A program made the position numbers and the translations under genes. The notes beneath the pieces were generated by a model, which saw only the letters and a program-made list of their open reading frames with translations, had not been told where the DNA came from and did no database searches. DNA of 34,199 bases from an uncultured Hyphomicrobiales bacterium (lineage in GTDB: Bacteria; Pseudomonadota; Alphaproteobacteria; Rhizobiales; Xanthobacteraceae), in the NCBI GenBank assembly GCA_903891395.1, contig CAITEM010000009.1, forward strand, positions 1-34,199. Direction: 5' to 3'. Within the stretch, counting starts at the first letter, position 1; every line of letters begins with the position of its first letter. This document shows positions 1 to 9,700 of this stretch, piece by piece.

Positions 1-1
1 C

Positions 2-130
2 CGCCCGGCCCGCACCGGCCGCAATCCGCGCACCGGCGCCCATGTGTCGGTCGACCAGAAGTCGGTGCCGTTCTTCAAGACCGGCAAGGAAATGCGCGAG
101 CGCCTGAACAAGGACGGTAGCGGCGCCTGA
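2..130 (+). CDS. ihfB: Integration host factor beta subunit, 3' end only (5'-truncated by the window edge)
   Basis: Manual frame-2 translation [42 protein letters not shown] has the IHF/HU arm motif GRNPRTG and the IhfB-type [14 protein letters not shown] tail; lies upstream of lapA as usual. Confidence 0.92.
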   Translation, partial: RPARTGRNPRTGAHVSVDQKSVPFFKTGKEMRERLNKDGSGA

Positions 131-135
131 TCGAG

Positions 136-281
136 GTGTCCCGGACGAGTGAGCGCGTAAGCGCGAACTATGATCCGGGACCCAGGAGAAATGGCGCGAA
201 GCGTCGATAGATTCTTCTTTTAGGCCCCTGGGTCCCGGTTCTGCAGCGCACCGTTTCACGCTGCGCTGCGCCCGCGACACG
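136..281. repeat. REP-like doublet (REPIN/BIME-like), left arm: unit A 136-186 plus inverted unit B 227-281
   Basis: GTGTCCCGGAC...GATCCGGGACCCAGG, spacer, then CCTGGGTCCCGG...GCAGCGCA-loop-TGCGCTGCGCCCGCGACACG. Each unit is an imperfect palindrome with an internal hairpin; the whole arm is an inverted copy of 604-755. Confidence 0.88.
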
Positions 282-300
282 CGGATGAAGACGAACGGCG

Positions 301-588
301 ATGCCGGACCTCTGTTTCGTCTATATCTTGGCGAGCAAGCGCAACGGAACGCTCTATGTCGGCGTTACCAGTGATCTTACGCGGCGGATTGAGGCGCATA
401 AGACTGGCTCGGTTCCGGGATTTACAAAGCAGTATGGCGTGCACATGTTGGTTCACGTCGAAGAGTTTTCCTCTATCGGCGATGCGCGTGCCCGTGAGCA
501 CACGCTGAAAAGATGGCGGCGGGCGTGGAAGCTCGAACTGATAGAAAAGGGCAATCCAACTTGGCGAGACCTATCGAACGATCTTTGA
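301..588 (+). CDS. Stand-alone GIY-YIG nuclease family protein (95 aa, UPF0213-like)
   Basis: FVYILASKRNGTLYVGVTSDLTRRIEAH...AREHTLKRWRRAWKLELIEKGNPTWRDL: VY/LYVG motifs, conserved Arg, His, metal-binding Glu and C-terminal NP all present. Confidence 0.92.
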   Translation: MPDLCFVYILASKRNGTLYVGVTSDLTRRIEAHKTGSVPGFTKQYGVHMLVHVEEFSSIGDARAREHTLKRWRRAWKLELIEKGNPTWRDLSNDL

Positions 589-603
589 CGAGGAAGATGG
601 TCT

Positions 604-755
604 CGTGTCCCGGGCGCAGCGCAATGCGAAGTATTGCGCTGCAGAACCGGGACCCAGGGGCTAGGAATAAGAAAGCTGTCGCTTCGCGCCGTTTATCCTG
701 GGTCCCGGATCGGCGTTCCGGCTCGCTTTGCGAGCCGTCACTTGTCCGGGACACG
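604..755. repeat. REP-like doublet, right arm: unit B 604-658 plus inverted unit A 697-755
   Basis: CGTGTCCCGGGCGCAGCGCAATGC-GAA-GTATTGCGCTGCAGAACCGGGACCCAGG, spacer, CCTGGGTCCCGGATC...CGGCTCGC-TTT-GCGAGCCG...GTCCGGGACACG; reverse complement aligns with 136-281. Confidence 0.88.
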
Positions 756-763
756 TGAAACCC

Positions 764-1150
764 ATGTTCCGCAAAATCCTCACCGCCATCATCGTCGTCC
801 CGCCGGCCGCGCTGCTGATCGCCTTCGCGGTCGCCAACCGGCACAGCGTCACGGTGTCGTTCGATCCGTTCTCGTCGGCGAGCCCAGCCTATGCCGCGAC
901 GCTGCCGCTGTTTGCGGTCGTCCTGCTGGTGCTGATTGTCGGCGTGGTGGTTGGCGGCATCGCCGCCTGGATACGCCAGGGCAAGTGGCGGCGCACCGCC
1001 CGCCATCTCGATGCCGAGGCGCGCAGCCTGCGGGCCGATCTCGACGACCTGCGCCGCCGCTTTGCCGTCAACGAGCCGGCCGCCGCGCCGCCGCAGACCA
1101 CGTTTTTCGACCCCACCGCGCGGGCCGCCATTCCGCCGCCGGCGCCCTGA
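764..1150 (+). CDS. lapA: Lipopolysaccharide assembly protein A (LapA/DUF1049) domain membrane protein
   Basis: MFRKILTAIIVVPPAALLIAFAVANRHSVTVSFDPF, second TM helix, then a basic coiled tail. ATG at 764 chosen over 728, which lies inside the repeat; usual neighbour of ihfB. Confidence 0.8.
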   Translation: MFRKILTAIIVVPPAALLIAFAVANRHSVTVSFDPFSSASPAYAATLPLFAVVLLVLIVGVVVGGIAAWIRQGKWRRTARHLDAEARSLRADLDDLRRRFAVNEPAAAPPQTTFFDPTARAAIPPPAP

Positions 1151-1248
1151 GCGCCTGAAAGGGCTACTGCGGGTTTGGATCACCCGGGACCGAGCAGCCC
1201 TGCTATCACTTTGCGTGGCGGGGAATAGGCGGTAGAACCCGCTCCATC

Positions 1249-1932
1249 ATGCCTCTTTTGATCAAAATATGCGGCCTGACGACCCCGGAAGCACTTGAAG
1301 TGTCTCTGGAATCCGGCGCCGACATGGTCGGCTTCGTGTTCTTTCCGCCGAGCCCGCGCACGCTCGGCGTCAAGGCCGCCGAAGGCCTGGCGCCACAGGT
1401 CCGCGGCCGCGGGCTGAAAGTGGCGCTGACCGTTAACGCCACCGACGACCTGCTGCACGGCATCGTCGACGCCTTGAAGCCCGACCTGCTGCAATTGCAC
1501 GGCACCGAAACCGTCGAGCGGGTCGCCGTGGTGCGCTCGCGTTTCGGACTTCCGGTCATGAAGGCGCTGCCGATCGCGACGCGCGCCGACCTGTCGCCGA
1601 TCCGTCTTTACGCCAAGGTCGCCGACCGCCTGATCTTCGATGCGCGCCCGCCGCAAAATGCGACGCGGCCCGGCGGGCTCGGCACACCGTTCGACTGGAC
1701 GCTGCTCAAAGGCGTCGACGCCGGCGTTCCTTATCTGCTGTCCGGCGGTCTGACCGTCGAGAACGTCGCCGAGGCGATCCGCATTACCGGCGCGCCCGGC
1801 GTCGATGTGTCGTCGGGCGTCGAAAGCGCGCCGGGCGTCAAAGATCCGGACAAGATCCGCGCCTTCATCCGCGCCGCACGCGGGGCCGATGCCTTGCAGC
1901 TCGGCGTTTCACAAATCGCGAGCCGCGCATGA
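1249..1932 (+). CDS. trpF: Phosphoribosylanthranilate isomerase
   Basis: [43 protein letters not shown] motifs; ATGA overlap with trpB. Confidence 0.97.
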   Translation: MPLLIKICGLTTPEALEVSLESGADMVGFVFFPPSPRTLGVKAAEGLAPQVRGRGLKVALTVNATDDLLHGIVDALKPDLLQLHGTETVERVAVVRSRFGLPVMKALPIATRADLSPIRLYAKVADRLIFDARPPQNATRPGGLGTPFDWTLLKGVDAGVPYLLSGGLTVENVAEAIRITGAPGVDVSSGVESAPGVKDPDKIRAFIRAARGADALQLGVSQIASRA

Positions 1933-3149
1933 CCGTGCAACAGCCCAACTCCTTCCGCACCGGCCCCGACGAGCGCGGACATTTCGGCATCTATGGCGGC
2001 CGTTTCGTTGCCGAGACGCTGATGCCGAACATTCTCCAGCTGGAAGCGGCCTACACTGCCGCCAAGGCCGATCCAGGCTTTCAGAAGGAGATGGATCATC
2101 ATCTCACTCACTTCGTCGGCCGGCCGTCACCGTTGTATTTTGCCGAGCGCCTGACGACGAAATTGGGCGGCGCGAAAATTTACTTCAAGCGCGAGGATCT
2201 CAACCACACCGGCGCGCACAAGGTGAACAACGTCACCGGCCAGATCATGCTGGCGATGCGCATGGGCAAGAAGCGCATCATCGCCGAAACCGGCGCCGGT
2301 ATGCACGGTGTCGCGACCGCGACCTTGTGCGCCAAGTTCGGCCTCGACTGTATCGTCTACATGGGCGCGGTCGACGTCGAACGGCAGCAGCCCAACGTGC
2401 TGCGGATGAAAATGCTGGGCGCCGAGGTGCGCGCGGTGACGTCCGGCTCGCATACGCTCAAGGACGCGATGAACGAAGCGCTGCGCGACTGGGTCACCAA
2501 TGTCAGCGACACGTTCTACTGCATCGGCACCGTCGCCGGCCCGCATCCCTATCCCGCGATGGTGCGCGATTTCCAGTGCATCATCGGCAAGGAAACGCGC
2601 GAGCAGATGCAAGCGGCAGAAGGCCGTCTGCCGGATTCGCTGGTTGCCTGCATCGGCGGCGGCTCCAATGCGATGGGGCTTTTTCATCCTTTCCTCGACG
2701 ACCGCAGCGTCGAGATCTACGGAGTCGAGGCGGCGGGGCACGGCATCCCGAGCGGCAAGCACGCGGCCTCGGTCGCCGGCGGCAGACCGGGCGTGCTGCA
2801 TGGCAACCGCACCTATCTCTTGATGGATGCCGATGGCCAGATCACCGAGGCGCATTCGATCTCGGCCGGTCTCGATTATCCGGGCATCGGCCCTGAACAC
2901 TCGTGGCTCAATGATATGGGCCGTGTGAAATTCCTGTCGGCGACCGATGACGAGGCGGTGGCGGCATTCCAACTGTGCAGCCAGCTTGAGGGCATCATTC
3001 CGGCGCTGGAGCCGGCGCACGCACTTGCGCGCGTGTTCGACCTCGCGCCCAAATTGCCGAAGGATCACCTGATGGTGGTCAACATGTCCGGCCGCGGCGA
3101 CAAGGATCTCGCCAGCGTCGAAGCCTATCTCGCGAGCAAAAAGAAATGA
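1929..3149 (+). CDS. trpB: Tryptophan synthase beta chain
   Basis: [15 protein letters not shown] (PLP lysine), [34 protein letters not shown]. Confidence 0.99.
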   Translation: MTVQQPNSFRTGPDERGHFGIYGGRFVAETLMPNILQLEAAYTAAKADPGFQKEMDHHLTHFVGRPSPLYFAERLTTKLGGAKIYFKREDLNHTGAHKVNNVTGQIMLAMRMGKKRIIAETGAGMHGVATATLCAKFGLDCIVYMGAVDVERQQPNVLRMKMLGAEVRAVTSGSHTLKDAMNEALRDWVTNVSDTFYCIGTVAGPHPYPAMVRDFQCIIGKETREQMQAAEGRLPDSLVACIGGGSNAMGLFHPFLDDRSVEIYGVEAAGHGIPSGKHAASVAGGRPGVLHGNRTYLLMDADGQITEAHSISAGLDYPGIGPEHSWLNDMGRVKFLSATDDEAVAAFQLCSQLEGIIPALEPAHALARVFDLAPKLPKDHLMVVNMSGRGDKDLASVEAYLASKKK

Positions 3150-3985
3150 CGACGCGTATCGACAGACGCTTTGCGGCGCTCAAGGCTGAAGGCCGTGCCG
3201 CGCTGGTGACCTTCACCATGGCCGGCGATCCGGACTATGACACCGCGCTCGCCATTGCGAAAGCTTTGCCGAAAGCCGGCGCCGATGTGATCGAGCTCGG
3301 CATGCCGTTCACCGATCCGATGGCGGATGGTCCCGCCATCCAGGCGGCTGGTTTGCGCGCGCTCGCCGCCGGTCAGAACATGATCAAGACGCTCAAGCTG
3401 GTGCGCGAATTTCGCGTAAGCGATAACGACACGCCGATCGTGTTGATGGGCTACTACAATCCGATCTACATCTACGGCGTCGAAAAATTTCTCACCGACG
3501 CCATTGCCGCCGGCGTCGACGGCCTAATCGTGGTCGATCTGCCGCCGGAGGAAGACGAAGAGCTATGCCTGCCCGCGCTGAAGGCGGGTCTGAATTTCAT
3601 CCGGCTGGCGACGCCGACCACCGACGACAAGCGGTTGCCGGCGGTGCTCAATAATACGTCGGGCTTTGTGTACTACGTCTCGATCACGGGAATTACCGGC
3701 GCCGCGGCGCCTGACGCCACCAAGGTTTCCGCCGCGGTTGATCGGATCAAACGTCATACAAAACTACCGGTCGCGGTCGGCTTCGGCGTGCGCAGCGCCG
3801 AACAGGCCCGGGCCATTGCCGAAAACGCCGACGGCGTCGTGGTCGGCTCGGCCATCGTCGATGTGCTGCGCGGCAGCCTCGATAAATCGGGTAAAGCCGG
3901 TTCCGGTACGGTCAAGGCCGTGACCGATCTGGTCTCCGCGCTGGCCGAGGGCGTCAAATCCGCCCGGCGGGTGCCCGCCAAGTAG
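3146..3985 (+). CDS. trpA: Tryptophan synthase alpha chain
   Basis: [50 protein letters not shown]. Confidence 0.99.
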   Translation: MTTRIDRRFAALKAEGRAALVTFTMAGDPDYDTALAIAKALPKAGADVIELGMPFTDPMADGPAIQAAGLRALAAGQNMIKTLKLVREFRVSDNDTPIVLMGYYNPIYIYGVEKFLTDAIAAGVDGLIVVDLPPEEDEELCLPALKAGLNFIRLATPTTDDKRLPAVLNNTSGFVYYVSITGITGAAAPDATKVSAAVDRIKRHTKLPVAVGFGVRSAEQARAIAENADGVVVGSAIVDVLRGSLDKSGKAGSGTVKAVTDLVSALAEGVKSARRVPAK

Positions 3986-4045
3986 TAACCATCGCCCCGC
4001 GCCGACGGTTATAATTCCGCCGAATCGCGCCTATATAGGCTGATC

Positions 4046-4936
4046 ATGAATTGGATTTCGAACGTCGTTCGCCCCAAGATTCGCAGCTTCCTGCGCCGCG
4101 AGACGCCGGAAAACCTCTGGATCAAATGTCCGGAGACGGGGCAACTCGTCTTCTACAAAGACGTCGAAGCCAACCAGTTCGTCATTCCGAGTTCCAATTA
4201 TCACATGCGTGTCAGCGCGACGACGCGCCTGAAGACCATGTTCGACGACGGCGCCTACGAAGACATCGCCGTGCCGGAAGTGCAGATCGACCCGTTGAAG
4301 TTTCGCGACGAGCGCCGCTACGCCGACCGCCTGAAAGACGCGCGCACCAAGACCGGCATGCAGGACGCAGTGAAGCTCGGCATCGGCCGTCTCGAAGGCC
4401 TGATGGTGACGATCGCCGTGCAGGATTTCGATTTCATGGGCGGCTCGCTCGGCATGGCCGCCGGCGAAGCGGTGATCGCCGGTCTTGAGATGGCCGTACG
4501 GCGTTCGACGCCCTTCATCATGTTCGCAGCCTCCGGCGGCGCGCGCATGCAGGAGGGCATTTTGTCGCTGATGCAATTGCCGCGCACGACGGTCGCGGTG
4601 CAGATGCTGCGCGAAGCCGGCAAGCCCTACAACGTCGTACTCACCAACCCGACCACCGGCGGCGTCACCGCGTCCTACGCCATGCTGGGCGACGTTCAGA
4701 TCGCCGAGCCGGGCGCGCTGATCGGCTTCGCAGGGCCGCGCGTCATCGAGCAGACCATCCGCGAGAAACTGCCCGAAGGTTTCCAGCGCGCGGAATATCT
4801 CACCGAGCACGGTATGGTCGACATGGTCGTGCACCGCCACAAGTTGCGCGGCACGATTGCCGAGCTGTGTCGGCTGCTGACCAAGGCGCCGCCGCGCGGG
4901 GCGGCGCCGTCTTTGCCGGTTCCGGCGCACGCGTGA
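4046..4936 (+). CDS. accD: Acetyl-CoA carboxylase carboxyltransferase beta subunit
   Basis: [61 protein letters not shown]. Confidence 0.98.
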   Translation: MNWISNVVRPKIRSFLRRETPENLWIKCPETGQLVFYKDVEANQFVIPSSNYHMRVSATTRLKTMFDDGAYEDIAVPEVQIDPLKFRDERRYADRLKDARTKTGMQDAVKLGIGRLEGLMVTIAVQDFDFMGGSLGMAAGEAVIAGLEMAVRRSTPFIMFAASGGARMQEGILSLMQLPRTTVAVQMLREAGKPYNVVLTNPTTGGVTASYAMLGDVQIAEPGALIGFAGPRVIEQTIREKLPEGFQRAEYLTEHGMVDMVVHRHKLRGTIAELCRLLTKAPPRGAAPSLPVPAHA

Positions 4937-4969
4937 GCGCATGCCTGCGATCGCGGGCATCATGATCAG

Positions 4970-6289
4970 ATGAACTCCATCGACTCCATCGTTGCGCGGC
5001 TGAACGCGCTGCATCCCAAGCGCATCGACCTGTCGCTCGAGCGCCTGCAGCGGTTGCTCGCGGCGCTCGATCATCCCGAGCGCAAGCTGCCGCCGGTGAT
5101 CCATGTCGGCGGCACCAACGGTAAAGGCTCGACGGTTGCTTTCCTGCGCGCGATTCTTGAAGCGGCCGGCATGCGCGTACACACCTACACCTCGCCGCAT
5201 CTGGTGCGTTTCAATGAGCGTTTCCGGTTGGGCGAGGTTGGTGAGGGCAAGTTGGTTGCCGACGATGTATTGAGCGCGGCGCTTGAAGAATGCGAGCGCG
5301 CCAACGGCGGCGAGCCGATCACGGTGTTCGAGATCACCACCGCGGCCGGCATACTGCTGTTCTCGCGCCATCCGGCCGACGTGCTGTTGTTGGAAGTCGG
5401 ATTGGGCGGCCGTCTCGATGCCACCAATGTCATTGAGGCGCCGCTCGCCACCATCATCACGCCGATCTCGATCGATCACACGGACTTTCTCGGCGATACG
5501 CTGGAAAAAATCGCCGCCGAGAAGGCCGGCATTTTCAAACGCAATGTGCCGGCGATCATCGCCGCGCAGAACCGCGACGTGCTCGCCGTGCTGGAGCGCC
5601 AGGCCGCACGGTTGAAAGCGCCGGTCAAGGTTGCCGGCGAGAACTGGACCGCGACCGAAGAGCGCGGACGTCTGGTTTATCAGGACGACAACGGCCTGCT
5701 CGACCTGCCGGCGCCGAAGCTGTACGGCCGCCACCAGTTCGAGAACGCCGGCCTGGCCATCGCGGCCTTGCGCGCCATTCCGCAATTCAGGATTTCACCC
5801 GCGGCGTTCGAGGCCGGCATCGTCAAAGCCGACTGGCCGGCGCGTCTGCATCGTCTGGGCGCTGGGCGGCTGGTCAATCTCGCGCCCGCGGGCAGCGAGC
5901 TGTGGCTCGACGGCGGGCATAATCCTGACGGCGGCCGCGCCGTCGCCGCCGCGCTCGCCGATCTTGAGGAGCGCGTGTCGCGTCCGCTGGTGCTGATCGT
6001 CGGTATGCTGAAGACAAAGGACTGCGCGGGCTTCCTGCGCAATTTCAGCGGGCTGGCGCGCCGGCTCATCGCCGTGCCGGTCGCGGTGTCGGAAAATGCC
6101 ATGTCGGCGGAGGCTGTGGCCGACGCCGCGCGTGGGGTCGATATACCGGCGGCCAGCCGCGACTCGCTCGACGAAGCCCTGGATGCGGTATGCAAGCTCG
6201 ATCTCGACCCGCCACCGCGCATTCTGATTACCGGCTCGCTTTATTTGGCCGGCGAGGTGCTGCGCGAGAATGGGACGTTGCCGCAATAG
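4970..6289 (+). CDS. folC: Bifunctional folylpolyglutamate synthase / dihydrofolate synthase
   Basis: HVGGTNGKGS, YTSPHLVRFNER, LEVGLGGRLDATN, EKAGI, WPARL, LDGGHN, GSLYLAGE. Confidence 0.98.
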   Translation: MNSIDSIVARLNALHPKRIDLSLERLQRLLAALDHPERKLPPVIHVGGTNGKGSTVAFLRAILEAAGMRVHTYTSPHLVRFNERFRLGEVGEGKLVADDVLSAALEECERANGGEPITVFEITTAAGILLFSRHPADVLLLEVGLGGRLDATNVIEAPLATIITPISIDHTDFLGDTLEKIAAEKAGIFKRNVPAIIAAQNRDVLAVLERQAARLKAPVKVAGENWTATEERGRLVYQDDNGLLDLPAPKLYGRHQFENAGLAIAALRAIPQFRISPAAFEAGIVKADWPARLHRLGAGRLVNLAPAGSELWLDGGHNPDGGRAVAAALADLEERVSRPLVLIVGMLKTKDCAGFLRNFSGLARRLIAVPVAVSENAMSAEAVADAARGVDIPAASRDSLDEALDAVCKLDLDPPPRILITGSLYLAGEVLRENGTLPQ

Positions 6290-6300
6290 CTCTCAATAAT

Positions 6301-6333
6301 AAAAAACGGCCGGGACAAAGCCCGGCCGTTTTT
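6301..6333. terminator. Bidirectional intrinsic terminator between convergent folC and trxA
   Basis: AAAAAACGGCCGGG-ACAAAG-CCCGGCCGTTTTT: GC-rich stem with an A tract on one side and a T tract on the other. Confidence 0.85.
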
Positions 6334-6354
6334 AAATTCAAAGCGTGAGCGCGA

Positions 6355-6675
6355 TCAGACGCCGCCGCTGATCCACTGGTGCAGCTTCTGCTTTGGCGCC
6401 GCGCCGACCTGGCGCGAGGAAATCTCGCCGTTCTTGAACATCAGCAGCGTCGGGATCGACATGATGCCGTACTTCGCGGCGGTGTCCGGGTTCTCGTCGA
6501 CGTTCAGCTTGACGATCTTGACCTTGTCGCCGACCTGGCCGGAGATCTCGTCCAGCGCCGGCGCGATCATGCGGCATGGGCCGCACCATTCGGCCCAGAA
6601 ATCGACAACCACCGGCTCCGCCGATTTCAGCACATCCGCTTCGAAGCTTGCGTCTGACGTTTTGCCGACGGCCAT
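6355..6675 (-). CDS. trxA: Thioredoxin
   Basis: [18 protein letters not shown] (WCGPC) and SIPTL; start set at MAVGK (6675), preceded by a GAGG ribosome-binding site. Confidence 0.98.
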   Translation of the reverse strand: MAVGKTSDASFEADVLKSAEPVVVDFWAEWCGPCRMIAPALDEISGQVGDKVKIVKLNVDENPDTAAKYGIMSIPTLLMFKNGEISSRQVGAAPKQKLHQWISGGV

Positions 6676-6731
6676 GGCCCTATCCTCATGTCTTGGGCGA
6701 AAAAATCTCCGCCCCAAATTGCGAGGTGGTG

Positions 6732-6760
6732 AACCTATGAACGCCGCCGCACAGCGTCAA
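6732..6760 (-). promoter_or_regulatory. Putative sigma70/RpoH-type promoter for trxA
   Basis: Minus strand TTGACG-N17-TAGGTT in the addA-trxA gap. Confidence 0.45.
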
Positions 6761-6767
6761 GGCGGCC

Positions 6768-9700
6768 TCACGCGGGGGTGATGCCCGCCAGGGCGGCGTC
6801 AAGCGCAGCGCCGGAAAACTCCATAAGATCAGGTACTTCAGTCCAGATCACAGCGGTCCGTAAGGTCTTGTCGGGGTACAATCTCGCGAGCACGGCGCGG
6901 TACAAAGCAAGCTGGCGGACATAAAGCGGCGGCACGTCCTCGATTCGCCGCGGCGCGGGCCGATTCGTCTTGAAATCGGCAATGAGGACCGAGTCTGGCG
7001 TAACGGCCAGGCGGTCGATCTGGCCGGAGACTCGCACCGCTTTGCCGCCGATGTCGAGCCGGCCGACAATCGGCACTTCGGCCCGGCTGGCGGGGCCGTA
7101 CAGCGCGGCGAATCGGGGATCCTCAAGCACGAGCCTGACTTGTGCGGCGAGCTGGGCGCGATCGCCGGCGGACAGTTTCCCGCCGCGACGGGCGAGGTAG
7201 TCCTGCGCGGCTTGCAACCGCCGTTCTGAGGGAACGTCAGGCAAAGATTGCATCAGCCGGTGGGCGAGCGTTCCGCGCAGCAAAGCTTCCTCGGAGCTGC
7301 CCGGCGCGAGGGCGCGCGTGGCGTCGTCATCGTCGGCGCTGGAAGGCGTGAGGGTGCGCGGCCCGGCACGGTCGGGCTTCGCGTTTGACGTCAACCACGC
7401 GGGCAGAGCGACCGGCGGACTGGGCGGCTTTGCCGTGTCGCCGGCTGACTGTAGCGGCAGAGCGTCCCCTTTGCGGAAGCGCAGGACCTCGCCATCACCG
7501 TCCTCGGCTGGCTCGATGACGCAATACGGCGTCAACGCGGTCTCGACCAGTTGGTACCAGCAGCCGTCGGGGATCTTGTTCTGGCCTTGCGCGCCGCAGA
7601 TCACCAGCCGCTCGGCGGCGCGCGTCATGGCGACGTAGAGCAGGCGGCGATATTCATCGCGGGCTTCCTGCTGCACCTTGCTGCGTGCTTCCGACATGAG
7701 ACCGGCATCGGCCGCGCGTGCGGTACCCCAGACCAGTGCGCCGCTCTGCAGCGTCAGCAGCCGTGGGTCTTTCGGCCCGCCGGGCTTGGTCGTGGTGTCG
7801 GCGAGAATGACGGTATTGGCTTCGAGACCCTTGGCGCCGTGTACGGTCATAACCCGCACTTCATCGCGCGCCATTTCCATATCGCGGCGCACTTCGGCGC
7901 GCGCCGCGCGCAGCCAGGCGATGAAGCCTTGCAGCGACGGCGTCTGCCGCGTCTCATAGTCGAGCGCGAGATTGAGAAATTCGTCGAGTGCGTCGTTGGC
8001 TTCCGGCCCGAGCCGCGCCAGGATCTTCTGCCGGCCGCGCGATGCGCCGAGCACATGCGAGAACAATCCGAACGGTGTCAGCTTGCGTGACGCCTCGGCC
8101 CATTCGCTCAAGGCCGTATCCGCGGCAGCGAACGTCATGTCGTCGGCCGCCTTGGCGCGCAGGCTGTCGCGCAGCGTGCCTTTGCGATTCCAGGCGAGGT
8201 CGAACAGTTGCTGCTCGGTCAGGCCGAACAGCGGGCTCTTCAGCACACTCGCGAGCGCCAGATCGTCGTGCGGCAGCAACAAAGCATCCGTCAGCGCCAT
8301 CAGGTCCATCACGGCGATATGCTCGGTCAGTACCAAGCGGTCGGCGCCCGCGACCGGAATGCCCGCGGTCTTGAGCGCGCGGATGATGGCCTCGAACAGC
8401 GGGCCGCGCTGGCGAACCAGCACCAGCACGTCGCCAGGCTTGAGCCCCTGCGCCATCCAGCGTTTCACCTGGGCCGCGATCTTGCGCGCCAGCAGCACGC
8501 GGGGGCTTTCCTCGCTCTCGGTGTCGAACGGCGCGTCCCAGCCTTCCATGTCCTTGCGTTCGGCGGGCGCGATCAACGGCCAGAGTTCGACGAGGCCGGG
8601 CGCTGCGCCCGGTAAAGATTCATGCGGCGGAATGCCGGCAAGATCGGTGGTGATGCTGGCGAAGGTCTCAGGCGCTGCGAAGACACGGTCTACCGAGCCC
8701 AGCACGTTCTCGCCGGAGCGGAACGAGTGGTGGAAGCGCAGATAGCGCCAGCCCTGGTCCGGCGTGTTGAACTGCCGGTCGAACTCGCGGCGCATCTCGT
8801 CGAAGGCGCGGGGCGCCGCGCCCTGGAACGAAAAGATCGACTGCTTCTCGTCGCCGACCGCAAACACCGTGCGTTTCACATTGGGCCGCGCGCCGCCGGG
8901 CGTGAATTCCGAAACGATGGTGCGCACGATGCTCCATTGCTTCGGGCTGGTGTCCTGCGCTTCATCTATGAGGACGTGGTCGATACCGAGATCGAGCTTG
9001 TACAGTACCCAGGCGGCGGAAGCGGCGGAAAACAGCGCCAGCGTCTTGTCGATCAGGTCGTCATAGTCGAGCAGCGCGCGGCGTTCTTTTTCACGGGCGT
9101 AGCGCGTGATGACTTCGGCGGCGATGGTGATGAGCGCGCCGGTGCGGTCGCGCGCGGTCAAGGCGCGTTCACGCGCCAGCAGTTTGCAGACGCGGCCCTG
9201 CTCGGCCAATAGGCGGTCGAGCCAATCGGGATGCTTCTTGGCGATTGCGCCGGTGACGACGTTCTTGCGCGGCTCCAGCGTCGCCGTGCAGAATACCTTG
9301 AGATAGGCGTCGATGCGGTCGCGTCCGACTGTCTTGCGCGCGGTTTCCAACGCAGCGACATGTTTTTTGTCGTTGGCCGATCCGGAATCCAGAATTTCGA
9401 TGAGCAGGGGCCATTCGGCAGCCGGGATCAGCGAATGCGAGAAGAACTCAGCCTCAAGGGACTCGCGGGTGTCGCCGGGTTCAAGCCCGAGCGTGGCCGT
9501 CAGTTCCGCAATCGCCTCTTCGACGCTTCCGGCGCGCGCGATCCAGGCTTCAATCTTGTCGCGCTCGCGGATCGCGTCGTCGATGACGTCCTTGAAGGTC
9601 TGGTCGGCGGCGACGACAATGGCGGTCGCCAGTGCCTTGCCGAGTGCGCTGCTGGAATCGCTGGCGGCTTCCAGCAATACGCCGAGCTTTAATTCATCAA

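Larger units (their letters stand above)
136..755. mobile_element. Putative REP-flanked GIY-YIG nuclease element inserted between ihfB and lapA
   Basis: About 150 bp imperfect terminal inverted arms enclose one nuclease ORF and separate the normally adjacent ihfB and lapA. No target-site duplication is visible; mobility is inferred. Confidence 0.5.

Noticed and set aside
136-755. CRISPR array or classical IS/MITE interpretation of the repeats
   Set aside because: The units are inverted rather than direct repeats with unique spacers; there are no cas genes, no DDE/HUH transposase and no visible target-site duplication.
1201-1208. TGCTATCA, matching the recalled FitA half-site, upstream of trpF
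   Set aside because: A single half-site with no partner; better explained as the GCTAT-type -10 region of the trpF promoter.
4118-4206. AccD lacks the four-Cys zinc finger
   Set aside because: A degenerate zinc finger is a common alphaproteobacterial AccD trait, not novel.
4031-5785. Long antisense ORFs (also 10235-11938, 12749-14149, 17244-18671, 19283-21535, 27077-28321)
   Set aside because: They shadow well-supported genes on the opposite strand, which is expected from high-GC codon bias, and show no recognisable motifs.
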